A stretch of DNA of 63,266 nt, counting the filler, from Myxococcota bacterium (GTDB lineage Bacteria; Myxococcota_C; UBA6777): NCBI GenBank assembly GCA_023150835.1. It is 3 parts of 3 records of this genome, joined end to end, with 100 filler letters (N's around TTAATTAATTAA, not from the genome) between each part and the next. Parts side by side here need not be neighbours in the genome. Positions count along the whole stretch, not along the records: positions 46,341 to 63,266 come from JAKLKB010000174.1; 2 more parts are not named here. One strand, 5' to 3'. The notes beneath the pieces were generated by a model, which was not told where the DNA came from, ran no database searches, and saw nothing but the letters and a program-made list of their open reading frames with translations. Positions within the stretch are counted from its first letter, which is position 1. Each line of letters begins with the position of its first letter. Below are positions 50,285-58,312 of the stretch, in pieces. Position numbers and translations under genes: made by a program.

Positions 50285-51475
50285 TTGACCCTATCCCTTC
50301 AACAACAGTTCGCGCAGATGGCGTCTTTGATTGAACAAGAAACGCCGAATCTTCTGCATCTTCGTCATTCGATCCACCAACACCCCGAAATCTCGCGCCA
50401 AGAGGTCGAAACCACCGCCCGTATCGAACAAGCTCTTGTGGAAACCCAATCGCGGATACGGCGCGGCCCTGCGGGGGTCGGCTTGATCGTGGATATCGGG
50501 CCTCCCCACCAACCGCAGATCCTTGTGCGTGGCGATATCGATGCGCTTGCGATCCAAGAACAAACGGGTCTGCCCTTCCAAAGCGCCCGATGTGGCGTGA
50601 TGCACGCCTGCGGCCATGATGTCCACACCGCCAGCGTTTTTGGGGCGCTCCGTGTTCTCGCTCAGATCGCCCCCGAACGCGCTTTTCGCTTTGTCTTTCA
50701 ACACGCCGAAGAAGTGAACCCGGGCGGGGCTGTCGACTTGATCCAAGCAGGCGTCTTGGAGGGGGTTGTTGCGGCGATCTCTTTGCATTGCGATCCCACC
50801 CGTCCTGTAGGCAGATTCGCCATCCAAGACGGCCCCATTACCGCTTCAAACGACCAGTTTTGGATCGATGTCTACGGAGCAGGCGGACATGGCGCACGAC
50901 CTCACGAAACCCAAGATACCGTCCTTGCTGCCGCACAGATCATCCAAGCCATCTACCACGCCTTCGATCGCTGTGTGGATGCCCGAAATCCTTTTGTGAT
51001 CAGCGTCGGTGTGATCCACGGCGGCGATCAAAGCCCCAACGTCCTCCCCACCAAGGTCCGTTTTGGAGGCTCGATCCGCAGCACACACAAAGAAGTCCGA
51101 GACAAGATCGCCCCGATCCTTCAACGTACACTCGAAGGCATGGCGAGTGCCTTGGGGGTGCGTTATGCTCTGGAGCTTCTTCCCGGATCTCCCGGCGTCT
51201 ACAATGATCGGCGAGTGGTCGACGTGTTTCGAGAAGCCGTCGTCTCCCTCCTTGGTGAAGAAGCCCTCCAACCGATCGGCTTGCCAAGTATGGGCGGCGA
51301 AGACTTCGCTTTTTTCGCAGAACGTGTCCCCTCCGCCATGATCCGCGTTGGATCGGGCCTCAGCACCTCCCTCCATACCCCCACCTTTCTCGCCGACGAT
51401 CAGACCGTCCCCTTGGCGGCTCATCTCCTCGCTCGCACCGCTCTTTTGCTTTCCTCTCGGCTTCCCCTCGATTAA
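50285..51475 (+). CDS. M20D family amidohydrolase
   Basis: HQHPE, RGDIDAL, MHACGHD, FQHAEE, GGHGARPH, MGGEDF and LHTP.F motifs. Confidence 0.93.
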   Translation: MTLSLQQQFAQMASLIEQETPNLLHLRHSIHQHPEISRQEVETTARIEQALVETQSRIRRGPAGVGLIVDIGPPHQPQILVRGDIDALAIQEQTGLPFQSARCGVMHACGHDVHTASVFGALRVLAQIAPERAFRFVFQHAEEVNPGGAVDLIQAGVLEGVVAAISLHCDPTRPVGRFAIQDGPITASNDQFWIDVYGAGGHGARPHETQDTVLAAAQIIQAIYHAFDRCVDARNPFVISVGVIHGGDQSPNVLPTKVRFGGSIRSTHKEVRDKIAPILQRTLEGMASALGVRYALELLPGSPGVYNDRRVVDVFREAVVSLLGEEALQPIGLPSMGGEDFAFFAERVPSAMIRVGSGLSTSLHTPTFLADDQTVPLAAHLLARTALLLSSRLPLD

Positions 51476-53136
51476 AACAAGGCCGCGAGCAGAGAGAGCG
51501 CTTGCATCGTTCCCAACGCGGCGAGAACAAGGGCTCCAACGGTCAGCGAGATCGAAGCCGCAGGATGGCGGTTTGTGAAGTGCAAAAACTCGTTGGCAGC
51601 GCGCTTGTTGAAGGTGACGGGACAATGCACGCCAAAGTGCCCGTCGAGAACCGTCTGAAGGGCTTCTCGCATCGCTGCGATCGAGGCGTAGCGTTGGGCG
51701 GGATCTTTTTGCAAGCCTTGGAGCGCAAAGAACGTAAGCTCGGGTGGGATCGGGTTGTGTTCGCTGCGCAAAGAGTGAAGCGGCTTGGGGGCTTCGTGGA
51801 TAATCCCGTAAAGCATCTCTTGGAGCGAGTGCTTGTGCTGCATATAGTGGTGAAGGCTGATCCATTCGTAATAAAGGGCGCTTAGGCTGTAGATATCGCT
51901 GCGTTCGTCAAGGCGTTGGTTGTGTCCAAGGGCCTGTTCGGGGGCCATATAAGCGGGAGTTCCGAGCAGCGTATCATGTCGCGTCTCGATCATCCGCTCG
52001 GTTGGGGTGTGTAGCGAAAGCGTATGCAACGGCTGTTGGGGAGCGCCCGCGATGCTTGGTGGGGCAAACAGGATCTCTTCTTCGCGGATCTGCTTGGCCA
52101 GTCCCCAATCCATCACCATGACTTCGCCGTGCGGCCCGATCATGATGTTCGAGGGTTTGATATCTCGATGGATCCAGCCCTTGCTGTGGGCGAATTCGAT
52201 GGCCTCAAGGATCTTTAAGAAGATCTGATTGCGTACATGGATCGGAAAGCGGCGTGTAGTCTCGGGATCGTTGGCTTTGAGTTTGTCGATGATCTGTTCC
52301 ATCGTTTGGCCGTCTACGTACTTCATCACAAAGTAGTACTGCCCGTCTTGATCGATGCCGACGTCATGGATCGGGACGATGTTGGGATGTTCGAGTTGGC
52401 CGACCGTTCGGATCTCTTCGACAAAGCGCATCACCGCAGGGGTTTCTTGAAGCTGTTTCTTGAGCTTTTTGACCGCCACCATACGTTGGATATCGTTGTC
52501 GCGTGCAAGCAGCACATCTCCTGCTCCGCCTTGGCCGAGAGGTTTGAGGTGCTCGTAGCGAGCTTCTTGTCCAAACAGCAGATCGCCTTCGTGAAGATGC
52601 GCTGCACTACGCGGCAACACGGTGCTTCGGCGGCTTTGGGTGGCGAGTAGCTCAAGCGCGTGTGCGGGCGTTTTGGGGCCTGACGGGACGGGAGTCTGGG
52701 GGCTCGATGGGACGGGCATTTGGAAACTTGACGGAACGGGGCTGTGAGGGCTCGATGAGAAGGGCATTTTGGGGCCTGATGGAACAGGGGTCTGGGGACT
52801 TGATGGCAGCGACGAGAAGGGCGCGGAGCGAGGGGGGTGTGTTCGTGGGGCCGTGTGGGTGGTTGCAAATCGTTCATCGAGTTGGGTGCTTTCGAGTACG
52901 TGGGTCGTTTCGGAGGCTTGGTTCAGGTCGCGTGTGTGCGTTGTTGAGTCAAGAAGTGTGTGCGGAAAGTTCGGTGCCTTCAAGGGAATGGGGCGTGGAA
53001 GCTCTGCAAGCGTCGGATGTTGGGCGGAGATCTGGAGGGCGGGGCCTTGGAGGGCGACTTCGGCAAGGCCAAGGGCGCGCAGAGGCGAGGCGGTGGCGGG
53101 GCGATGGGAGGTGTAAAGTGCGGTGTCTTTTGGCAT
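51472..53136 (-). CDS. Hanks-type Ser/Thr protein kinase with a C-terminal TM helix
   Basis: LGQGGAGDV, VAVK, HRDIKPSN, DWG, GTPAYMAPEQ, SDIYSL; AAGGAG RBS before MPKD. Confidence 0.93.
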   Translation of the reverse strand: MPKDTALYTSHRPATASPLRALGLAEVALQGPALQISAQHPTLAELPRPIPLKAPNFPHTLLDSTTHTRDLNQASETTHVLESTQLDERFATTHTAPRTHPPRSAPFSSLPSSPQTPVPSGPKMPFSSSPHSPVPSSFQMPVPSSPQTPVPSGPKTPAHALELLATQSRRSTVLPRSAAHLHEGDLLFGQEARYEHLKPLGQGGAGDVLLARDNDIQRMVAVKKLKKQLQETPAVMRFVEEIRTVGQLEHPNIVPIHDVGIDQDGQYYFVMKYVDGQTMEQIIDKLKANDPETTRRFPIHVRNQIFLKILEAIEFAHSKGWIHRDIKPSNIMIGPHGEVMVMDWGLAKQIREEEILFAPPSIAGAPQQPLHTLSLHTPTERMIETRHDTLLGTPAYMAPEQALGHNQRLDERSDIYSLSALYYEWISLHHYMQHKHSLQEMLYGIIHEAPKPLHSLRSEHNPIPPELTFFALQGLQKDPAQRYASIAAMREALQTVLDGHFGVHCPVTFNKRAANEFLHFTNRHPAASISLTVGALVLAALGTMQALSLLAALF

Positions 53137-53328
53137 GAAAGGCTCCTTTGTCGCTTGCTTGAAGCAGGAAAAGAGGCTATCTCTTGTTTCTGCAAAAATG
53201 CAGGGTGTGGAGGCTGGTGTGGTCGAGGTGTTGTTGGGCGTGCCTGCATCCATACGCCGATTTTGGCGATGAAACAAAGAGGTAAAGTGCGCGAATCCCA
53301 ACCGCAAGCTTTATTCGCGCAAAACCAA

Positions 53329-53344
53329 TGTGCAATTTTGCACA
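53329..53344. promoter_or_regulatory. Putative LysR binding palindrome
   Basis: TGTGCAATTTTGCACA, a near-perfect inverted repeat 29 bp upstream of the LysR ATG; a related TGCAAAAATGCA lies at 53191. Confidence 0.55.
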
Positions 53345-53372
53345 AAGTGTTTGAGGCAGGAGTGTTGCGATC

Positions 53373-54323
53373 ATGAACTGGGATGACCTGCGTTTTTTGT
53401 TGGCGCTTTCGCGTGAAGGGACGCTGAGCAAAGCCGCGAAGCGACTCCAAGTCCACCACACCACCGTCTCGCGCCGTATCCATGCTTTTCAAGAAGAGCG
53501 CGGCGTGCGCGTCTTTGAAGAGATGCCCGAAGGATTCGTGTTGACCGAAGTTGGCGAGGATATCTTGGAAGTAGCGCGGCGCATGGAAGAGGAACTGTTG
53601 TCGATGGAGCGCCGTGTGGTCGGGCTAGAGGAGCGTTTCAGCGGACCCTTGCGCATCACCACGATCGATCTGCTGGCGGCCTTGTATGCGGAGGCTTTGC
53701 GCGACTTCGGCTTGCGTTATCCCAAGATCCGCTATGAGCTCTCTATCGACGATCAAGTACTCGACCTCCATCGGCGAGAAGCGGATATCGCTCTTCGCAT
53801 GACCAACAAGCCTCCTGAGTATCTGATCGGGCGAAAAGTCGGGTGTATCCGCTTTGCCTTGTATGCCTCGAAAAAGCTGCTGCAAACCATCGACGCAAGC
53901 TCACCGCTCGAAGACTTCCCTTGGATCGGCTGGTTGGAGACGTTTAGTGGGGGCGGAAACAATCGTATGCTCAAGACACACGCGCCCGGTGCGCACGTCG
54001 CCTTTTGGGTCGATAGTCCGCTGGTGATGTTTTCTCTGTTGCTTGCTGGGGCTGGAATCGCCTTTGTTCCTTGCATTTTGGGCGATTCTCACGCATGCTT
54101 GCAGCGTTTGCGCCCTGTCGATACACAAGTCGGCATCGATCTTTGGCTCCTGACACACCCTGACTTGCGCAGAAATGCCCGTGTTCGAGCGTTTATGGAT
54201 TATATGGAATCCATCATCCGCAAAGATCAAGCCTTCCTCGAAGGCCAATCTTCCGAACCCATGCAGCATCGCTCGGGTGTCCGTGTCTTGTGGCAATATG
54301 CCGAACCCGAACAACGTGTTTAA
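53373..54323 (+). CDS. LysR-family transcriptional regulator
   Basis: MNWDDLRFLLALSREGTLSKAAKRLQVHHTTVSRRI HTH; READIALR; WLLTHPDLRRNARVRAF. Confidence 0.95.
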   Translation: MNWDDLRFLLALSREGTLSKAAKRLQVHHTTVSRRIHAFQEERGVRVFEEMPEGFVLTEVGEDILEVARRMEEELLSMERRVVGLEERFSGPLRITTIDLLAALYAEALRDFGLRYPKIRYELSIDDQVLDLHRREADIALRMTNKPPEYLIGRKVGCIRFALYASKKLLQTIDASSPLEDFPWIGWLETFSGGGNNRMLKTHAPGAHVAFWVDSPLVMFSLLLAGAGIAFVPCILGDSHACLQRLRPVDTQVGIDLWLLTHPDLRRNARVRAFMDYMESIIRKDQAFLEGQSSEPMQHRSGVRVLWQYAEPEQRV

Positions 54324-54341
54324 TGTTGTCCTTTTTGTCTG

Positions 54342-54695
54342 TGGGGCGCTGTCCCAGACCCCGCCATCGGTCGTGGCCCCTTGGCCCCGTACCGGCGGAA
54401 CAAACACAAGTTTTTCACACCAACAACTCTGTTGCTTGGATGGGCGCGAACACGCGGCTTTTTTGCCCACAGGTCGCTCCTATTCGTTCGCTTCTTTTGA
54501 AGCGGATGATACGGAACCCGCAGGGTGCGTGATTGTAAAACGTAGGGGCAGCCCCCTGTGGCTGCCCAAGAATAGGGCAATCCGCAGGGTGCGTGATTGT
54601 AAAACGTAGGGGCAGCCCCCTGTGCTGCCCAAGAATAGGGCAATTACAGCGGATCGCACCTACCCTTCGATCACACATTTTTCGGAAAGCGTATG
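54342..54695 (+). repeat. Family B copy (54342-54463) and family C copy with a duplicated REP (54520-54695)
   Basis: gcagggtgcgtgattgtaaaacgtaggggcagccccctgtg(g)ctgcccaagaatagggcaat x2. Confidence 0.8.
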
Positions 54696-54712
54696 AGAGA
54701 GGAGAGGGATGG

Positions 54713-55552
54713 ATGGCGGAACAATCGATTTCGGAGCGTGTATTAGAGCATATCTTGCCCGAAGCATGGGAGCGACAGATCGAAGAACTCCAGTTCCAAG
54801 ACGCAGGATACGGTTACGATGCTTTCGGATTAAACAAAGAGTGGATGCGTTGGAGCTTTGCGATCTTGCGCCCCTTGTACGAGACATGGTTTCGCACCTC
54901 GTCGCGGGGAGCCGAACGCATCCCCCCCACAGGTGGGGCGATCTTGGCGGCCAATCACAGCGGTGTTCTGCCCTTTGATGGCATGATCCTTTACATGGAT
55001 GTCTTGCGCAACACGCATCCGCCTCGGATCGTTCGGCCTGTGGTGGATTATTTTGTCTCGCATCTGCCCTTTGTCAGCACCTTCTTTTCTCGCATGGGTG
55101 TGGTCGGCGGAAGTCGCGGGAATGTCGAACACCTCTTGCGACGCGGCGAACTGCTCCAGCTTTTTCCTGAAGGTGTCCCGGGTATCCGCAAACCCTTTTC
55201 CGAACGCTACAAACTACGGCCTTTTCGCGTCGGTCATGTCGAGATGGCGATCCGTTATGGTGTCCCTGTGATCCCTGTCGCTGTCCTCGGAGCCGAAGAG
55301 CAATTCCTCAAGATCGCCGATATCCCCTTCAAAATATTTGGTGCGCCCTATCTTCCGATCTTTTTTCCGCCTTTCCCAATGCCTGTGCATTATCATATCT
55401 ATTACGGCCAGCCGTTGGACTTTTCCACACGCTACAAAACCGAAGACGCCGATAATCCGCAGATCTTGGAGCAATGCGCCGCAGAAGTCCAAGCCTCTGT
55501 CGCCGCTTTGATCGCTCGCGGCCTACACGAACGCGATGGCGTCTTTGGTTGA
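54713..55552 (+). CDS. Lysophospholipid acyltransferase (PlsC-like)
   Basis: ANHSGVLPFD (HxxxxD-like), FPEG and PVIPVAVLG motifs. Confidence 0.9.
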   Translation: MAEQSISERVLEHILPEAWERQIEELQFQDAGYGYDAFGLNKEWMRWSFAILRPLYETWFRTSSRGAERIPPTGGAILAANHSGVLPFDGMILYMDVLRNTHPPRIVRPVVDYFVSHLPFVSTFFSRMGVVGGSRGNVEHLLRRGELLQLFPEGVPGIRKPFSERYKLRPFRVGHVEMAIRYGVPVIPVAVLGAEEQFLKIADIPFKIFGAPYLPIFFPPFPMPVHYHIYYGQPLDFSTRYKTEDADNPQILEQCAAEVQASVAALIARGLHERDGVFG

Positions 55553-55585
55553 TCTCATAGGACTTACGTGGTTGGGTGGTGCTTA

Positions 55586-55709
55586 TGGGGCGCTGCCCCA
55601 TGCCCCGCAAGGGGCGACAGTCCCTTGACCCCCTGTTTTGCGAACAGATCACAGGTTTTTCAAAACAACGGCTCTCTCGCTTGAAACGGCGCGAACACGG
55701 CTTTTTTTG
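55586..55709 (+). repeat. Family B repeat
   Basis: ggggcgctgcccc..caaggggcgacagtcccttg..cgcttgaa..gcgaacacggcttttttt. Confidence 0.8.
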
Positions 55710-55771
55710 GCCACTGCGTGACACCTCTCTCACTAGGCTTTGATCACGCCCCCACATCGCCGAGGGATCAG

Positions 55772-56890
55772 ATGCACTCAAAACACGATATATCCGTACA
55801 ATCCAACACCATAACGCATCAAATACACGAAGCATCCGACCCCTCCGATGCAAAGGAGGATCGTCACGCAAAAGATCCCAGCGCCTCCATTCGCAGATAT
55901 CCCCATTCCTCCGCAGGGACGTCCCGCATCCCTCGCGGTGTCTTGGTGACGGGAGCCACAACACCCGCCGGCATCGAGCTGATCCGCTCTTTTCTGCTTG
56001 AACCTCATGTCGAGCGCATCATCGCTGTTGGTGCAGAAAAACAGGCTCCGATGTTAGAGCCTTGGTTGGGCGAACGCTTACGCTATCTCTGCCTTGATCT
56101 CACGCGAGAGCGTTCTTTGCGACAACTGCTGTTTGGAGAAGTCGCCCAAGGCGGTGTCGACACCGTGATCCACACCGCCAGCCATCGCTGGGCCCGCCAT
56201 CGCGGTTCCAAGATCCACAGCCTCAACGTCGACGCTACACGCCAATTGCTCCAAATCTGCGAGCAGCAGCCCTCGATCGAACGCTTCATCTATCGCGGAT
56301 TTGGCGAAGTGTACGATATCTCGGCGGAATATCCGCTGTTGATCGAAGAAGATCACGCGCTGCATCTGTCCCCCCACACGCCGCAGTGGGTTCGTGATCG
56401 TGTCGAGGCCGATATGATGGTCTGTATGCGCATGGGCATGAGCCGCCTTCAAGTCGTCGTCTTGCGATGTGCCGAGTGCGTTGCTCCCGATACAGGCAGT
56501 CAGCTTTACGACTACCTTTCTTCGCGTGTCTGCTTTCAGCCCCTTGGCTTCGACCCCATGCTCAATCTGCTCTCCCTCCCTGATCTCACCCGCGCTTTGT
56601 TTCTCGCTGCACACGTCCAAGAACAGGGCATCTTCAATATCCCCGGCAAAGATACCCTCCCGCTCTCCGCCGTGATCGAACGCTCTCAACGCCTCCATCT
56701 CTACGCCCCCGGACCCCTCGTCTCATGGCTCTATCAAGCGCGCAGTTGGACCCGCCGAAACAAAGACTTCCGCTATGACCTCAACCGCGAGCGCTTCCAT
56801 CTCAGCGCCATCCTCGACGGCTCCCGCGCCTCCCTCATCCTCGGCTACCAACCCCAACACCCCATCCTCTGGTCTGATCTCTTCCCTTAA
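55772..56890 (+). CDS. NAD-dependent epimerase/dehydratase family protein (degenerate motifs)
   Basis: VLVTGATTPAG, VDTVIHTA, LNVDAT..LL, LGFDPMLNLL, GIFNIPG; commonly paired with the upstream acyltransferase. Confidence 0.8.
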   Translation: MHSKHDISVQSNTITHQIHEASDPSDAKEDRHAKDPSASIRRYPHSSAGTSRIPRGVLVTGATTPAGIELIRSFLLEPHVERIIAVGAEKQAPMLEPWLGERLRYLCLDLTRERSLRQLLFGEVAQGGVDTVIHTASHRWARHRGSKIHSLNVDATRQLLQICEQQPSIERFIYRGFGEVYDISAEYPLLIEEDHALHLSPHTPQWVRDRVEADMMVCMRMGMSRLQVVVLRCAECVAPDTGSQLYDYLSSRVCFQPLGFDPMLNLLSLPDLTRALFLAAHVQEQGIFNIPGKDTLPLSAVIERSQRLHLYAPGPLVSWLYQARSWTRRNKDFRYDLNRERFHLSAILDGSRASLILGYQPQHPILWSDLFP

Positions 56891-56924
56891 GCTTTTCTGG
56901 GCTTGATGGGGGATTTGTGTTTGT

Positions 56925-57449
56925 GGGGCGCTGCCCCATAGGCGTTAGGTGAAGCGGAGGAAAGCCCCCCACCCCGCCCTCCCCCGTGAACAGGGGAGGG
57001 AGCGAAAGTCGGAAGCCTCGGGGATTTTGTTTTTTCATGACGCACGCTGTATGCACCAATCAAGACCGACTCTACGAGGTTTCCACCTTAACAAGGCGCG
57101 TATGGGGCAGCGCCCCACGCCCCGCAAGGGGTCGCGGCCCCCTTGACCCTGTATCGGCGGAGTGTGCAGACGCTTTTTGCCCCGACGGCGGCTCCGCTTG
57201 GGAGGGGGCGAACACGGGGCTTTGTCCGATGCGCCGTTTTTGATCAAACAAGGCGAATACGAGCTTTTTGTTGGGCGCGGCTGCGCGGGTGTGTCAAAAA
57301 AATACACACAAAAGAAGAAGTGTTGTAGTATCACACGATATTGGCCCGTTGTGTGAGCGTAAAGATGTAGGGGCAGCCCCCCGTGGCTGCCCAATCATAG
57401 GGCGTGTACGCAAAGGATAGTGCGTACACGTCGATTCAGATATCGTATA
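56925..57449. repeat. Internally deleted family A element between hairpins (56925-57116), family B (to 57222) and family C (57350-57449)
   Basis: ggggcgctgcccc-ATA-ggcgttagg...ccttaacaaggcgcg-TAT-ggggcagcgcccc. Confidence 0.8.
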
Positions 57450-57499
57450 AGGCGTTCTTCTCTAAACCGAACAGTTCTACCAACAGCCAGAAAGGACGG

Positions 57500-58255
57500 A
57501 TGCTGATGTCGAAAACCAAGCACACCAAAGAACTCAACCAATTCAAGCAAAGATTGTCTGATGACATTGAAGAGGGGGAGGCGCTGCTTCAAAAGCTCCA
57601 GCCCTTGCGCGATCCCGAAAAGATGCCCTCTGTTGCCTTGCACGCTCGCGCCATCCAGAAAACTGTTGAAACGCAAAAAGGGCTTCTTGGGCCTCTCCAA
57701 AAAGAACTTCCCGAAACCATCAAAGCCGCAAACACCCTGCTTCATGAGATGGATGCCTCTCAACTCGCCTTCAAAACTGCTTTGGCGGGACTCTCTTATC
57801 ACTATGGGAGCGATGCCCCCGAAGTCCTCGAATTTGTTAGCCCACCCAATTCCTATGGCTATGGTCGTGAACCCGAAAAGCGTCTTCGTGCGCACGAACG
57901 CTTTCAAGAAGCCTTTCAACGCCGCCGCCCTGAATTTGACAAAGGTTCTCGACTTCTCGGCGATCTCGAAGCTGTCCTTCAAAAACACAAAAGCTTTGAA
58001 GCGGCTTACAAAGCCCATCAAAAAGAAGTGGCTGAGTCCGACCAAGTGGTTGCTCTTGCTGTTCTCGCCATCGCAGATTTTCGCAAACAAAAAAGCCTCA
58101 TCCGTCGCGCTTTGATGCTCGAACTCGACCATCCTTCCGACGCCTACCAGTACATCCCCAAAGAACCCCGAAAAACCAGCTCGCCCACCGAACCCAAAGA
58201 ACCCAAAGATCCCACCGAACCCAAAGATCCCGCCCCCCACGCTCCGCAGTCGTAG
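57500..58255 (+). CDS. Hypothetical coiled-coil protein
   Basis: AAAGGA RBS; helical; PTEPKEPKD repeat tail; 57 bp upstream of hsdR. Confidence 0.7.
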   Translation: MLMSKTKHTKELNQFKQRLSDDIEEGEALLQKLQPLRDPEKMPSVALHARAIQKTVETQKGLLGPLQKELPETIKAANTLLHEMDASQLAFKTALAGLSYHYGSDAPEVLEFVSPPNSYGYGREPEKRLRAHERFQEAFQRRRPEFDKGSRLLGDLEAVLQKHKSFEAAYKAHQKEVAESDQVVALAVLAIADFRKQKSLIRRALMLELDHPSDAYQYIPKEPRKTSSPTEPKEPKDPTEPKDPAPHAPQS

Positions 58256-58312
58256 CCCGTCGCGCTCCTCCTACCAAACACCTCCCTCAGCAAAGTGCAA
58301 ATCAGGTGACGC

